A stretch of DNA of 64,000 nt from Balanoglossus misakiensis (lineage: Eukaryota > Animalia > Hemichordata): assembly GCA_040954595.2 (NCBI GenBank), contig CM082579.2, forward strand, positions 10,281,625-10,345,624, in the 5' to 3' direction. Under the pieces are notes generated by a model. That model ran no database searches, was not told the DNA's origin, and worked only from the letters and a program-made list of their open reading frames with translations. Shown here piece by piece: positions 63,526-64,000 of the stretch (position 1 is its first letter; each line of letters starts with the position of its first letter). A program made the translations under genes and the position numbers.

Positions 63526-64000
63526 TATTTTCTTGTTGTCCTCCCTACATGTATCGTATCCCAACATGACCCCGTTTCTGCTTACCAGCAAGTCATGTGT
63601 ATATATTGTTAGTGTTACTGTTGACACATGCACTCAAGGCCACCCTGGACTTGAATACAATTTTAAAACAATAACAATATCCATTGTGTACATACATGAA
63701 GGGAGCTGAACAAGAAACCATGACCTGATATTTTGACAGAAAACTGGAACCGAGCACATATGACACATAGATTGGTGCATACATGGGAGGCTAATGAATG
63801 TACATGTACAAATGTGTGAACTTGAACTTGTCCTGTAAACAGCAACGGGGATACCAGCGCAATTTTCAAATTTCAAGGGACATTATATCTGCTGATGATG
63901 GGAATTCAGAAACATTTCTGTATATGTTAACTATGTTAGGAATACTTAGGGATTTAAATTTGACATGCACGATGAGCAGAATTTATTCAAGTTCTTTTTT

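Overview
Eukaryotic (animal) genomic DNA, AT-rich and intron-rich, probably from a marine invertebrate deuterostome such as a hemichordate (inference only). It holds two convergent genes, both missing their 5' ends. (1) + strand, 4113-27647: 31 GT-AG exons that splice into one open frame of about 2,410 codons. The product is a single-pass SVEP1/Uninflatable-like receptor: sushi and HYR domains, a furin-site linker, 3 ephrin-receptor-like Cys repeats, 21 EGF, pentraxin/LamG, 2 EGF, TSP1, sushi, a second furin-site linker, a Cys repeat, TM and a short tail. (2) - strand, 60138-33293: a STIM ER Ca2+ sensor (EF-hand, SAM, TM, coiled coils/SOAR, acidic inactivation motif, polybasic tail) with 13 core exons. 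Its 13-kb post-SOAR intron holds several candidate phase-1 cassette exons flanked by Rbfox/QKI-type motifs. The introns carry many non-autonomous DNA transposons (Kolobok-, Harbinger-, Tc1/pogo- and CACTA-like, one nested), a perfect 145-bp foldback next to a splice acceptor, a 70-bp minisatellite and microsatellites. There are no prokaryotic systems, CRISPR arrays or RNA genes. Exon boundaries were read by eye and are not confirmed by transcript data.
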